A DNA stretch of 63,341 nucleotides, counting the filler, from Octopus bimaculoides (Eukaryota), in the NCBI RefSeq assembly GCF_001194135.2. It is 7 parts of 7 records of this genome, joined end to end, with 100 filler letters (N's around TTAATTAATTAA, not from the genome) between each part and the next. Parts side by side here need not be neighbours in the genome. Positions count along the whole stretch, not along the records: positions 12,604 to 29,022 come from NC_068987.1; positions 29,123 to 34,551 come from NC_068991.1; 5 more parts are not named here. The stretch is one strand, 5' to 3'. A program made the translations under genes and the position numbers. The notes beneath the pieces were generated by a model that ran no database searches, was not told where the DNA came from, and worked only from the letters and a program-made list of their open reading frames with translations. This document shows positions 23,975 to 34,651 of the stretch, one piece after another. Position 1 is the stretch's first letter; every line of letters starts with the position of its first letter.

Positions 23975-25998
23975 GGACACTATACAAAAATCTAAAACGA
24001 TGGGGTCGTATTAGAAGAGATGGCGAATAAACCACAAGACAGAATTGGTTTGTTTAGCAAACAAGAAGCAAGAGGCGTTTATAAAACGACATTCGGTGAA
24101 TAAGATGCGCGGAGTTACCGGGAATCACTTAGATCTGTATATTTTACAGATAGTAGTATTTCACTTTATGAAATTCATATAACGGTCACGTTTAGAACGC
24201 TTTTAAAACACGAGATGGTCACGGTGGGAATTCTTGTTTATAATTGGAACGCCTTTAGAAATACGAGTTTTTTTGGGTTTTTTTGTGGGTCCGGCATCCA
24301 CGAATGCGCCACGAAATCAGACCTTTTATTTCCATTTCCTTTTTGGGGTTTTCTATCACGGAGCCTAAACTACGGAATTTCCGTGAATTTAATGTACACA
24401 CACACAAATGGGACTGTTGTTTTGGAAAATTTAAGGTCGTCAAATATGGGTTATCCTACTAATATTTAAAACAACATCATTATTCCAAAATATTCAGAAA
24501 GTTAAAATAATTCAGTTATCGAATTTGTTGAAGCGTAGAGTAAAAAAAAAGTATGGAGCCGACAGACAAATCTGCCATGAAAAGCATTCAAGCGTGACAG
24601 ACAGCCTTTTGTGAGTACACCCTATGTCATCAACTCTTTTTAGAAAGAAAAATGCTAAGGCGTGAACTAAATCATAAAAAAAAATAAATTAGTATGATTA
24701 TTATTATTATTATAATTATTATTGTTGACCTCAAAAGAATGAAATGCCGAGGTCGTCTTTGCTTTCTAACGTTTCGGGATCGATAAAGTCCCAGTTCAGC
24801 GCTGGGGTCGATGTAACACACAAAACCCTCCCCGAAAAATTTAAGGTCCTGTTCCTATTGAGGAATGAATTATCATCATTGTCTGGAAATCTCTATTAAT
24901 ATTATTATTGTTGTTGTAATTCAAATTCGGCCGAGTTCGATTTTGCGTTAAATCTTTTAGAGGGGCGGTAAGTAAATACCAATCGGATGTTGGGGGTTCG
25001 ATGTAATCGAGTAGCCCCCTGCCCCTCAAAACTGCAGGTTTTGTACTAAAAGTAGAAAATTAATATTAATATCGTCGTTGGATTCTATTCTGACCGAAGA
25101 GAAGTTAGTCATTATGTAGTCTAACCACAACAATAACCATAAATGTCGTTGATCCAACCACAAAAACTAGGCCTTAATGAGGTTACCCGGTTTGCTAGAA
25201 ATAGCAGCAGCAGGACAAAAACAAAACAAAACATCACCCTCAAAATACAATTACTATCTTTGAAAAACAAAATGACATGTTGAGATAATTTGAGTAGGTG
25301 GTCATATCTGGAAATATTTCCGATCATTAAGAGTATTTAGGAGTTGGAAGAGAAATTAGGTCTCGTTAAAACAACATAATTTCCATTATCTGTCACGTAG
25401 CTTTTCGAACTAAGTCTAAATTATTAAAGACACGAACGTTATTGTTAAATATTAATGTAATAGGGTGATACGGGAAAAACAAGAGAATCTTGTAAAATTA
25501 ATGAAAATATATTGCGAAGTATAATAAAGGTAAAAAATAAGGAAATAGTTACGTGAGTCTGATAAAGAATCAAGTGTTTTGTCTTTAAGTGCTGATGGCG
25601 TTTTAAACTAGCCTCGTTCTGGTTTCTATAGTGAAGTCAAGAGAGCGACCTTGGTCTTTTATACAGAGCCTCATTTTCGAAGCAGCAATATATCACTAAC
25701 ACATGGATTAGACAAACCAATGGTGCATCGTCTACGTGGTCGTTCTCGCTCTTTCGTTATTTTTAACTGTTTTAAGGTGCGAACTGACGAAATTATTACC
25801 GCGTCGGACACAATACTTAATGACATTTTATTCCAGGTTTACGTTCTGCATTTAAATACCTTCGATTATATTTCAGCGTCTATGAAATTATGTACCTGTT
25901 CGTAACTTAGGCCGATGTAATCGTATAGTCGCTCCATCCGAATTGCGGGCCTTGTACCAAGTGTGGTGTATGCGTGCGAGTAGAAGTAATCGGTTTAC

Positions 25999-26220
25999 CT
26001 CGTTTTACTTCCTTTGCACGAGTCTGTCCTGCGGTATCCGATCCTCGCGGCTGGCCCGACCCGAAGAACGCTAGAAATAGCAGTTGCTTCTCCCAACACC
26101 TTGCGATCGCTTGGCAAGTTCTCTCGTCACAACAACCCCGCTCGAAAAGGGCACGAAGTCCTAATCGAGTCTCCCTCTACCTCTTCCGGTCAGTGGTCAA
26201 CTCCCTAGTTGCTGACGTCA
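25999..26220 (-). promoter_or_regulatory. Candidate promoter and non-coding first exon of BCAP31
   Basis: CpG-rich block with TGACGTCA (26213-26220) and ACCGGAAG ETS motif (26183-26190), ending in donor GAG|GTAAAC at 25999/25998; implies an 8.7-kb intron to the 17265 acceptor. Confidence 0.4.
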
Positions 26221-26299
26221 TACCACACCAAGGTGGTGGGCTGGCAGAATCGTTACCATGCCGGACAAAATGCTGAGCGGTATTAGTTTTGGCTTTACC

Positions 26300-26950
26300 G
26301 TCTGACAGAGAGAGTTGAGCAGAGAATCTGCATCAAATTTTGCCCAAAGCTTGGCGATAGCTGCTCAGAGGCCTACGCAAAGTTTTCATCCCTCTCGACG
26401 CAATTAAGGAGATCTTGTGCAACTAAAACCGAAAGTCTTTTTAGCAGACACATGTCTCATACTCAAATTTTCAGTGACAATGGACTGAAGTGAACCGTAA
26501 CTAATCTGCATATCCTCTGATAACTCACGGATGGTAATTCGACGATTTTCGCCTCACAGCTGCACGTACATCTGGAATGTTTTGTCTCAGTTCTGCTGGT
26601 TGCGGGTCTCTCCAAACGTTCATCAATATCGACATTTTTTCGGCCATTTTGGAAACGCCTGTACCACTTATACACTTGTGTCCGCCTCATACATTCATCT
26701 CCATACACTTTCTGCAACTTTGCGTAGGCCTCTGAGCAGGTATCGCTATGATAACCTTCTCTGTCATGGTCAATGCAACGATCACAGGCAACACACCTTC
26801 CTTCCAGGCACTGCTGTAAGTAGCGGAAGTGAGCTACAACGGCAAAACTTATTGCGCATGCTCAGAATAGTTCAAGGTTAATCTGTGTCAAGCAACTTCA
26901 CTTTGGGTGCTTTAATTTCGTTACTATGGCAACATTCCGGATAAAAAAAA
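26300..26950 (-). mobile_element. Mariner 5' relic (minus, 26385-26950) fused to an inverted short 5' piece (plus, 26300-26385)
   Basis: Minus: SEAYAKLQKVYGDECMRRTQVYKWYRRFQNGR…VTENLSMRHVSAK. Plus: EQRICIKFCPKLGDSCSEAYAK. Inverted copy of ctgctcagaggcctacgcaaag. Confidence 0.85.
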
Positions 26951-28707
26951 ATAGCTAGGTTTCTTTCTCATAGTTCAGCATATACAAAGGAATGTGTGAT
27001 AAGCAAAATAAGAATTTCGAAAGAAGTAGCTATGAAACTAGTTTTTAAACATCGAATGACTACGGGGTTTCACCAGAATAAAATAGTAACCAAAGGGGTC
27101 CGTAGATAAAAAAGGAAATGGTNNNNNNNNNNNNNNNNNNNNNNNNNNNNNNNNNNNNNNNNNNNNNNNNNNNNNNNNNNNNNNNNNNNNNNNNNNNNNN
27201 NNNNNNNNNNNNNNNNNNNNNNNNNNNNNNNNNNNNNNNNNNNNNNNNNNNNNNNNNNNNNNNNNNNNNNNNNNNNNNNNNNNNNNNNNNNNNNNNNNNN
27301 NNNNNNNNNNNNNNNNNNNNNNNNNNNNNNNNNNNNNNNNNNNNNNNNNNNNNNNNNNNNNNNNNNNNNNNNNNNNNNNNNNNNNNNNNNNNNNNNNNNN
27401 NNNNNNNNNNNNNNNNNNNNNNNNNNNNNNNNNNNNNNNNNNNNNNNNNNNNNNNNNNNNNNNNNNNNNNNNNNNNNNNNNNNNNNNNNNNNNNNNNNNN
27501 NNNNNNNNNNNNNNNNNNNNNNNNNNNNNNNNNNNNNNNNNNNNNNNNNNNNNNNNNNNNNNNNNNNNNNNNNNNNNNNNNNNNNNNNNNNNNNNNNNNN
27601 NNNNNNNNNNNTATATATATATATATGGGGGGGGGGGCAGTCACTAGAATATGAAAGATATTGCTGAAAACAAAAATACTTATAATAATGTGTTTTCAAT
27701 GGCACAATTATTACTATTTATCATTATTGTTTACAAGCAATACACAATGCTTCAAGCGAACTACAATATTCTCCTAAAAGATACTTATATAAAAAAATAA
27801 ATAAATTTTCCGTAAACTACCGAGAACGTCGGGAAATCAGCTGGCAAAAGTTTAACAGTCGCTATATTTATACCAAATGATTGCCAAAAATAATATAAGT
27901 ACAAATCCACAAGCATTATCCCTTTACTTTTCCGCTATTTTAATGTGTTCCTCCAAAAGACTAGACGGGAACACACTACTGCAGTCGAAAATGAAATTCG
28001 GATTTAAAGGGAGATTACTCAATACAGCAAAACATTCATTTTGTTTTTGAATTTGGTTTGCAAGATTTTTTATGTGATTTCGTGTGTTGAAGCATATTCT
28101 GTTGTGTCTGGAGAGAGTCATTTTCTTTTCGTGCCTTAAAATTTAACACACACACACCGTTAAATTTCCACTTATTATTTTTATTTTCCTAAAATTTTCG
28201 TTGCGTCTTGCAACCTTTCATTTTGTTGCTGTCCTCATTCTACGTCAATGTGTTTCTGTTATTGTAAACATTAATTGTTTTGTTGCAAAGTCATTGCTCA
28301 GTTTATTTATTTCGTAGCAGAATTGTCAGTGTTCGATAAAATGGCTTGTGGTATTTAGACATTGACCTGTATGTCCTGAGTTTCGATTTCATTGAGGTGA
28401 ACTTTGGTTTTATTTTCTCGTGTCGAACTGAATTCCTTATTACGCATTTCAGCTGTGAATAATACATCAATAAGAGTGTAACAGCGTCATAGGTTACAGG
28501 TCAGTTAATTGACCAATCACTAGCCAGTGATGAGATACTGATTCTGCGATTCAGGCGATCAAAAAATATACAAAATGATCAAAAGAAATTTTCGTCCTAT
28601 AGCACCGGGTAATGAATTTTTTTTTAATATTTTTAGCAGATGTTAAATTTTGGCGACTAAAAATTAGAATTTTTTTCTTTTAACTTTGGCACTAGTTTTC
28701 ATTTATG

Positions 28708-28864
28708 TTTTATGTAGTGTTTTTGGTACCGAAAGACTTTCAAACTTCGTATACTTATCTATTTTGGGATCTATTTTAAAACGGGGGCCACAGTTTTCAT
28801 TAATGTTTTACGTAGTGTTTTTGGTACCGAAAGACTTTCAAACTTCGTATACTTATCTATTTTG
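28708..28864. repeat. Local direct duplication of ~60 bp
   Basis: gtagtgtttttggtaccgaaagactttcaaacttcgtatacttatctattttg occurs twice, ~97 bp apart. Confidence 0.9.
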
Positions 28865-30289
28865 TGTTATAGAACAGAAAAATATTTTTGTATTCGAATT
28901 TATTTCATGTAAAAAATTGTCTTATTTCGATAATTTCAACCAATCACTGACAAGTATTCAGTTGTTTATATTTACTCCTTTGGCTGATTAAGCGGTGTAA
29001 AGCGTATTTAATCTCCATAGCTNNNNNNNNNNNNNNNNNNNNNNNNNNNNNNNNNNNNNNNNNNNNTTAATTAATTAANNNNNNNNNNNNNNNNNNNNNN
29101 NNNNNNNNNNNNNNNNNNNNNNCTTATTATATTAAGATAGAAAAATTTTATTAAAAATATCAAAATTATAAACATTCCATAATCAACCCTACGTCCATTA
29201 TAATACAAGCTAACAGGAATGTTATATGCAAAAACTAACTTTAACGAATGTTTCGTTTAAAATACAATTTGAACGAAGTTTTAGGTTAAAATAATAAAGA
29301 TAGAAGTAGCACATATCTAAACGATACAATAGTCTAAACTAAAAGATTTTAGACTAAAACGTTTATTTAAAAGAAATCTCGTGAAAATATTGCGTAAAGA
29401 AAAGGAATAGAATAAATAGATATAAAAACATGAATGAAAATTTTATTATGAATGAAAGATTAAACTTTATATAACTCAAGTCATAATAAAACAATTAACT
29501 ATATTGTATAATCAAAGAAACATGACCAACTTGACCATTATATCTTATTATTTTCCCTTCCTCTTTGAGGATTACTACTCACTTTTAGTACACCCGCCCC
29601 GTACCATCTTCTTTACCTATCTCTCCACCTTAGTACCTTTCAAACGTATCACTCCACTTCCCTCTTCTCACACATATTCCTTTCTTACATTCTTATCTCT
29701 TCTTTCTATCCCTCCCTCTATTTCTTTTATCTACTGATAGCTCTTCTTTCCCCTCCCCCTCCACAATATCTTACCCACAATCTAGCACTACTTTTTCATT
29801 TCTTTTCCCCTATGTTTGTTTGTTTGTTTATTTGTTTGTTTGTTTGTTTGTTTGTTTGTTTGTTTCTTTCTTTCTTTCTTTCTTCTTTCCCCCTCCCCCT
29901 ATTCCTTTTGACCAATACCATTCTCCTCCTTTTAACATACATGTCCATTCTCTTTTCTCTATCTGCCTACCCCTACGAGAACTTTCTCAAAATTTCACTC
30001 ACACTACAAGACCCTATTGAATGAATAGTACATGGAATTTATTGTTTGCACACTATCCATCTGTAATAACAAAATATGAACTCCTATCAGAACTTACCAA
30101 GGACAAGAAGCATTTCTATCCATACTACACAGCATTTTCCTTGATTAATGGAACTACAACTGTAACATCCAACATATATCTTTATTTTTATTCTTTTATT
30201 TCCCTTTATACTTCCTATATCTCTTCCTTTCCAAAATAACTTCTCATACTGAACTCTACTATTTCCCTCTATTTAACTTTCTTATATCG

Positions 30290-30335
30290 TCTCTGATGAA
30301 GGGATAACCCTCATATTCCTGAAACAGCTACAAGG
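30290..30335 (+). ncRNA. Decayed minimal type I hammerhead ribozyme in a pyrimidine-rich PLE-like 3' region
   Basis: CTGATGA-agggata/tattcct stem II-GAAAcagct; the expected GTA cleavage site reads ACA, so it is likely inactive. Confidence 0.55.
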
Positions 30336-30573
30336 CTACCTTTCTCTTTATAAATGCCTAGAAATTTTACACTGCCTTGACTTTATTGTTTCATTTTAGT
30401 TAACATATACACACTCACACACGACTCGTATTGAACTCCTCACTCATACTATTATCGAACCGAGAGTCTAATTACGGTCCTCCCGTAACACTTACATAAC
30501 CTTAACTGCCACTTTGGGTCTTCTGCATACCAAAACATGTAAGTTTTGGTATGCATGTATGTATGTATGTATG

Positions 30574-32298
30574 TTATCAATCAGTTTCATTTCTGTATTT
30601 CTTGTCCATAGAGAAAGAGCCGGACTCTAACATAGATTCAAGGCTCCTTCATTGGAACTTTTATCAACATCACCTAGGTATTTGTGCATATGTGTGTGTG
30701 TGCAGTATTTGGTGTTAGTGTATGCGCAGATTTGTATGTTTGTTTTATGGATGCGTTTTTATGTCTAGATGCATGCATATGTATTTATGTGCTAATTTTT
30801 TGGAAAGTTTTACATATCTTTACAGTTCCATTGATGGCTTGAATCTGTAGTCTTCTAATCAGCCTTTTTCTTTCAGGTTTTGAGAACCCTAATTTTTCCA
30901 GGTTTTTGNNNNNNNNNNNNNNNNNNNNNNNNNNNNNNNNNNNNNNNNNNNNNNNNNNNNNNNNNNNNNNNNNNNNNNNNNNNNNNNNNNNNNNNNNNNN
31001 NNNNNNNNNNNNNNNNNNNNNNNNNNNNNNNNNNNNNNNNNNNNNNNNNNNNNNNNNNNNNNNNNNNNNNNNNNNNNNNNNNNNNNNNNNNNNNNNNNNN
31101 NNNNNNNNNNNNNNNNNNNNNNNNNNNNNNNNNNNNNNNNNNNNNNNNNNNNNNNNNNNNNNNNNNNNNNNNNNNNNNNNNNNNNNNNNNNNNNNNNNNN
31201 NNNNNNNNNNNNNNNNNNNNNNNNNNNNNNNNNNNNNNNNNNNNNNNNNNNNNNNNNNNNNNNNNNNNNNNNNNNNNNNNNNNNNNNNNNNNNNNNNNNN
31301 NNNNNNNNNNNNNNNNNNNNNNNNNNNNNNNNNNNNNNNNNNNNNNNNNNNNNNNNNNNNNNNNNNNNNNNNNNNNNNNNNNNNNNNNNNNNNNNNNNNN
31401 NNNNNNNNNNNNNNNNNNNNNNNNNNNNNNNNNNNNNNNNNNNNNNNNNNNNNNNNNNNNNNNNNNNNNNNNNNNNNNNNNNNNNNNNNNNNNNNNNNNN
31501 NNNNNNNNNNNNNNNNNNNNNNNNNNNNNNNNNNNNNNNNNNNNNNNNNNNNNNNNNNNNNNNNNNNNNNNNNNNNNNNNNNNNNNNNNNNNNNNNNNNN
31601 NNNNNNNNNNNNNNNNNNNNNNNNNNNNNNNNNNNNNNNNNNNNNNNNNNNNNNNNNNNNNNNNNNNNNNNNNNNNNNNNNNNNNNNNNNNNNNNNNNNN
31701 NNNNNNNNNNNNNNNNNNNNNNNNNNNNNNNNNNNNNNNNNNNNNNNNNNNNNNNNNNNNNNNNNNNNNNNNNNNNNNNNNNNNNGGGTTGTCGAATAGG
31801 GAATGCTTGTCAAGTAGTTGCCTTCCCAATCTCATGATGGTATTTACCTCATGTCTGCAGACTTCATCATGGGGTGCACTTCGACACTTGGTGGTTATGA
31901 GATGATGTCGGAGAGATATGACACGGCATTCAAAGGCAGTCTGAATTGATGTTAGGCCCCCCTCCCTCCTTTATTTCGTTTTAGGTATAGGCGGTCTACA
32001 TCGCTATTGATGTGAAAGTTGTTCGTGCTCGTTAGTATTTTTCGGGTCTTCACATCAAGGGATCGGATTTCATCGATCGTCCAGTCAAGTATCCCAAATG
32101 TCGGTATGAGTACTGGTACTGCAAACACATTGTGGGCTACTGCTTTATTGAACGCAGAGAGTTCCGAGGTCCATATTTTCCTAACCCAATTTCTGTATTC
32201 CTTAGTAACACGTTCCTTGTTACAGGTACCTTCATATGATACGTTTTCATCTACTCCCAGGTATCTGTAGGATTCCTCATCAGATATTGGAGAAACAG

Positions 32299-32300
<2 letters not shown>
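30574..32300 (-). mobile_element. R4/Dong-like non-LTR retrotransposon, 5'-truncated within the RT, gap in the middle
   Basis: ISVSPISDEESYRYLGVDEN…KAVAHNVFAVPVLIPTFGILDWT…DVDRLYLKRNKGGRG…; C-terminus LIRRLQIQAINGTVKICKTFQK*; (TATG)n flanks on both sides. Confidence 0.9.
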
Positions 32301-32329
<29 letters not shown>

Positions 32330-33640
32330 TGTATGTATGTATGTATGAATGTATGTATATATGTATGTATGTAACGTATGTATGTACAGTCTTTAAAGAG
32401 CTTTATCTGATGGTCAACTATTTCTTTCAGCTCTACCACTCTCTTTCAACAAGTGACACTAAGTTTTCCTTTTTATACCTGCTCATTTCAAACAGTGAGA
32501 CTCTAAGTTTCTTTTTCATGACTGTTCATCTCAATATTAACTTTGTATGTGAATATTCCGTGACTTCTCATTTGCTTTAACGCATTCTGAACTTGTGCGT
32601 TGTCACTCATGGAGTAGATTGTGAGTTTGACAGCCTTTCATTTCCACACATTTCAAACTTAGCAAAATAAATTAGCCTCTGTGTTTAATACAACCCTCAC
32701 CACCTGGTTCTTGAGTACCTGAAGTAGAGTTGTTATATTATTTAGGACTAGTGCTCTTGTCCGAAAATAAATCAATATCTTAAAGTTCTGTCTTCTATTG
32801 CTACTTCTTATGGATCGTAATTTCCTCCTCACCAACCCGCAGCATTCTTAATGGTCTTTTAGGGTACTATCTTACCTCTTCTGAGTGAACCATTGACAAA
32901 TAAAATGTATTAGAATACATGTTTATGCAAGAGAAATATCAAAACAAATGCATTTTTATGTAAATTTTAGGTATTATCGTATCAGTTCCTTATTTTGTCT
33001 TTCATTTATCAGAGAAATTCTTCCAGAAAGATTCATTGGTTTCAAAGCTAAAATAGAATGAAATAAAATAAAATAGTGTTATATAAATTCAAATTCCTTT
33101 TCAAGCCACTAAAATATACTTTAGTAATCACAGTTGTAATATAAACCACAGCATTTGTTTATAGGGGAAGTTAGGCCTTCAAAAGCCGAGCTATCATGAT
33201 GGATTAGACGAAAATCATCAGCGCAAAATAAATATAAATACATAAATAAAAGGGAGAAGTGAGAAAAGGATAAAGAAAGACGGAATGCATGGAAAATATC
33301 ATTAATTACATTTTATCTTGTAGACAGATATTTTCTTATCCCATGTATATATATCATCACTTAGACAAGATAAATCTAATGCGCTGATATGAAATGGTAT
33401 TTAAATGTCAACCGTCTAGCCTCCTTATTAAATAAAAAGATAAGAAAATGACAATGAAGAGAATGTTGAATGCACACCTGAGTAAAACATAACAAGCTCT
33501 TTTGATGAAATCTCAAATTACCGTCTACTCAGGTGAAGTGTTATCCATTGTTTCATTAAACCCAAATTTCATCGTTATTTTGTAATTTAGAAGTGATGAA
33601 GTGGCTGCAAGTTTAGAGCGTTGAATTAAATACCATAGAA

Positions 33641-33860
33641 TTACTGAGTTTCATTCTCTGAAAAATCTGAGTTCAAATACGGATATAGTCGGTATTTCAA
33701 CTCAGCTATGTATTCCTTCGTACTTTGAAGTATCTTCAATATAATTGGGTGAATGGGTGTCACCTCGACGAACTGTGGCCCTACGCTAAAAATACTCGGC
33801 GTTGTGAAGACCATTTTATCTATAAGTGGGAATACTACAATTCTATCATTGCGTGAATCT
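33641..33860 (-). CDS. Candidate terminal exon of an unidentified gene
   Basis: Acceptor cacttgttttcag| then ~72 open codons (SRNDRIVVFPLIDKMVFTTPSIFSVGP…ENETQ*); no family recognised. Confidence 0.25.
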
Positions 33861-34004
33861 GAAAACAAGTGAGGCAAAAATTAACAAATGTGACCTGACT
33901 AAGTGGTTTTAGCTGCCAATTTTTCCAGGACAGACATTGCCAGCAATTATTTCTTGACTTCCATGTCCCTCATTTTTGCTCTTTTATGCAAGACTGCAAT
34001 ACTT

Positions 34005-34275
34005 GATGTGGTCCAGGGAGTGAAAGGAGTGAGAAAGATGTAGAGGAGTTCTGGAGGGAACTGACAGAGTGTGTGGATAAGGTGGGGAAAAGTGGTTAAG
34101 TGGTGGTGTTGGGTGATTTGAATGCACGAGTGAAAAAGGAGGAAGTAGAAAATGTAGAAGGAAAATATGGAGTTCCTGGTTGGAATGAGAGTGGAAGGAA
34201 GTTGTTGGAAATGTGTAAGGATCAGGAGTTGGTGGTGAGGATTAGTCTTTTTAAAAAGTGAGAGAAGAATAAGAA
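34005..34275 (+). mobile_element. LINE APE endonuclease fragment (RTE/RTEX-like)
   Basis: PGSERSEKDVEEFWRELTECVD…VVVLGDLNARV…GKYGVPGWNESGRKLLEMC. Confidence 0.85.
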
Positions 34276-34651
34276 TAAGGGACCTAAACATTCGACAAAC
34301 GAATGAAGTCATCAGAAAGTCAACCAACCAGAACGCTGGTCTTCTGCCAAAGCAAAAAATATATGACTAAAATATCCATAAACCAAGTGACATACTAAGA
34401 CGGTCAGCCAGTCAAAATATTAGATTATAGACGGACAAAAACAACCAATTAGAGCTCGATCCTTCACCGTTAAAACATATCAATCAAAGCATTTCAAACA
34501 TTTCAAACTCTCACGAGCAAAACAAGCGACAAAGTATCTTCTTTAATGCACNNNNNNNNNNNNNNNNNNNNNNNNNNNNNNNNNNNNNNNNNNNNTTAAT
34601 TAATTAANNNNNNNNNNNNNNNNNNNNNNNNNNNNNNNNNNNNNNNNNNNN

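Noticed and set aside
20183-26011. Shared 16-mer gaagtaaaacgaggta (20183 +, 25996 -), suggesting a leader or motif
   Set aside because: One 16-mer match is expected by chance in ~50 kb of AT-rich sequence on two strands.
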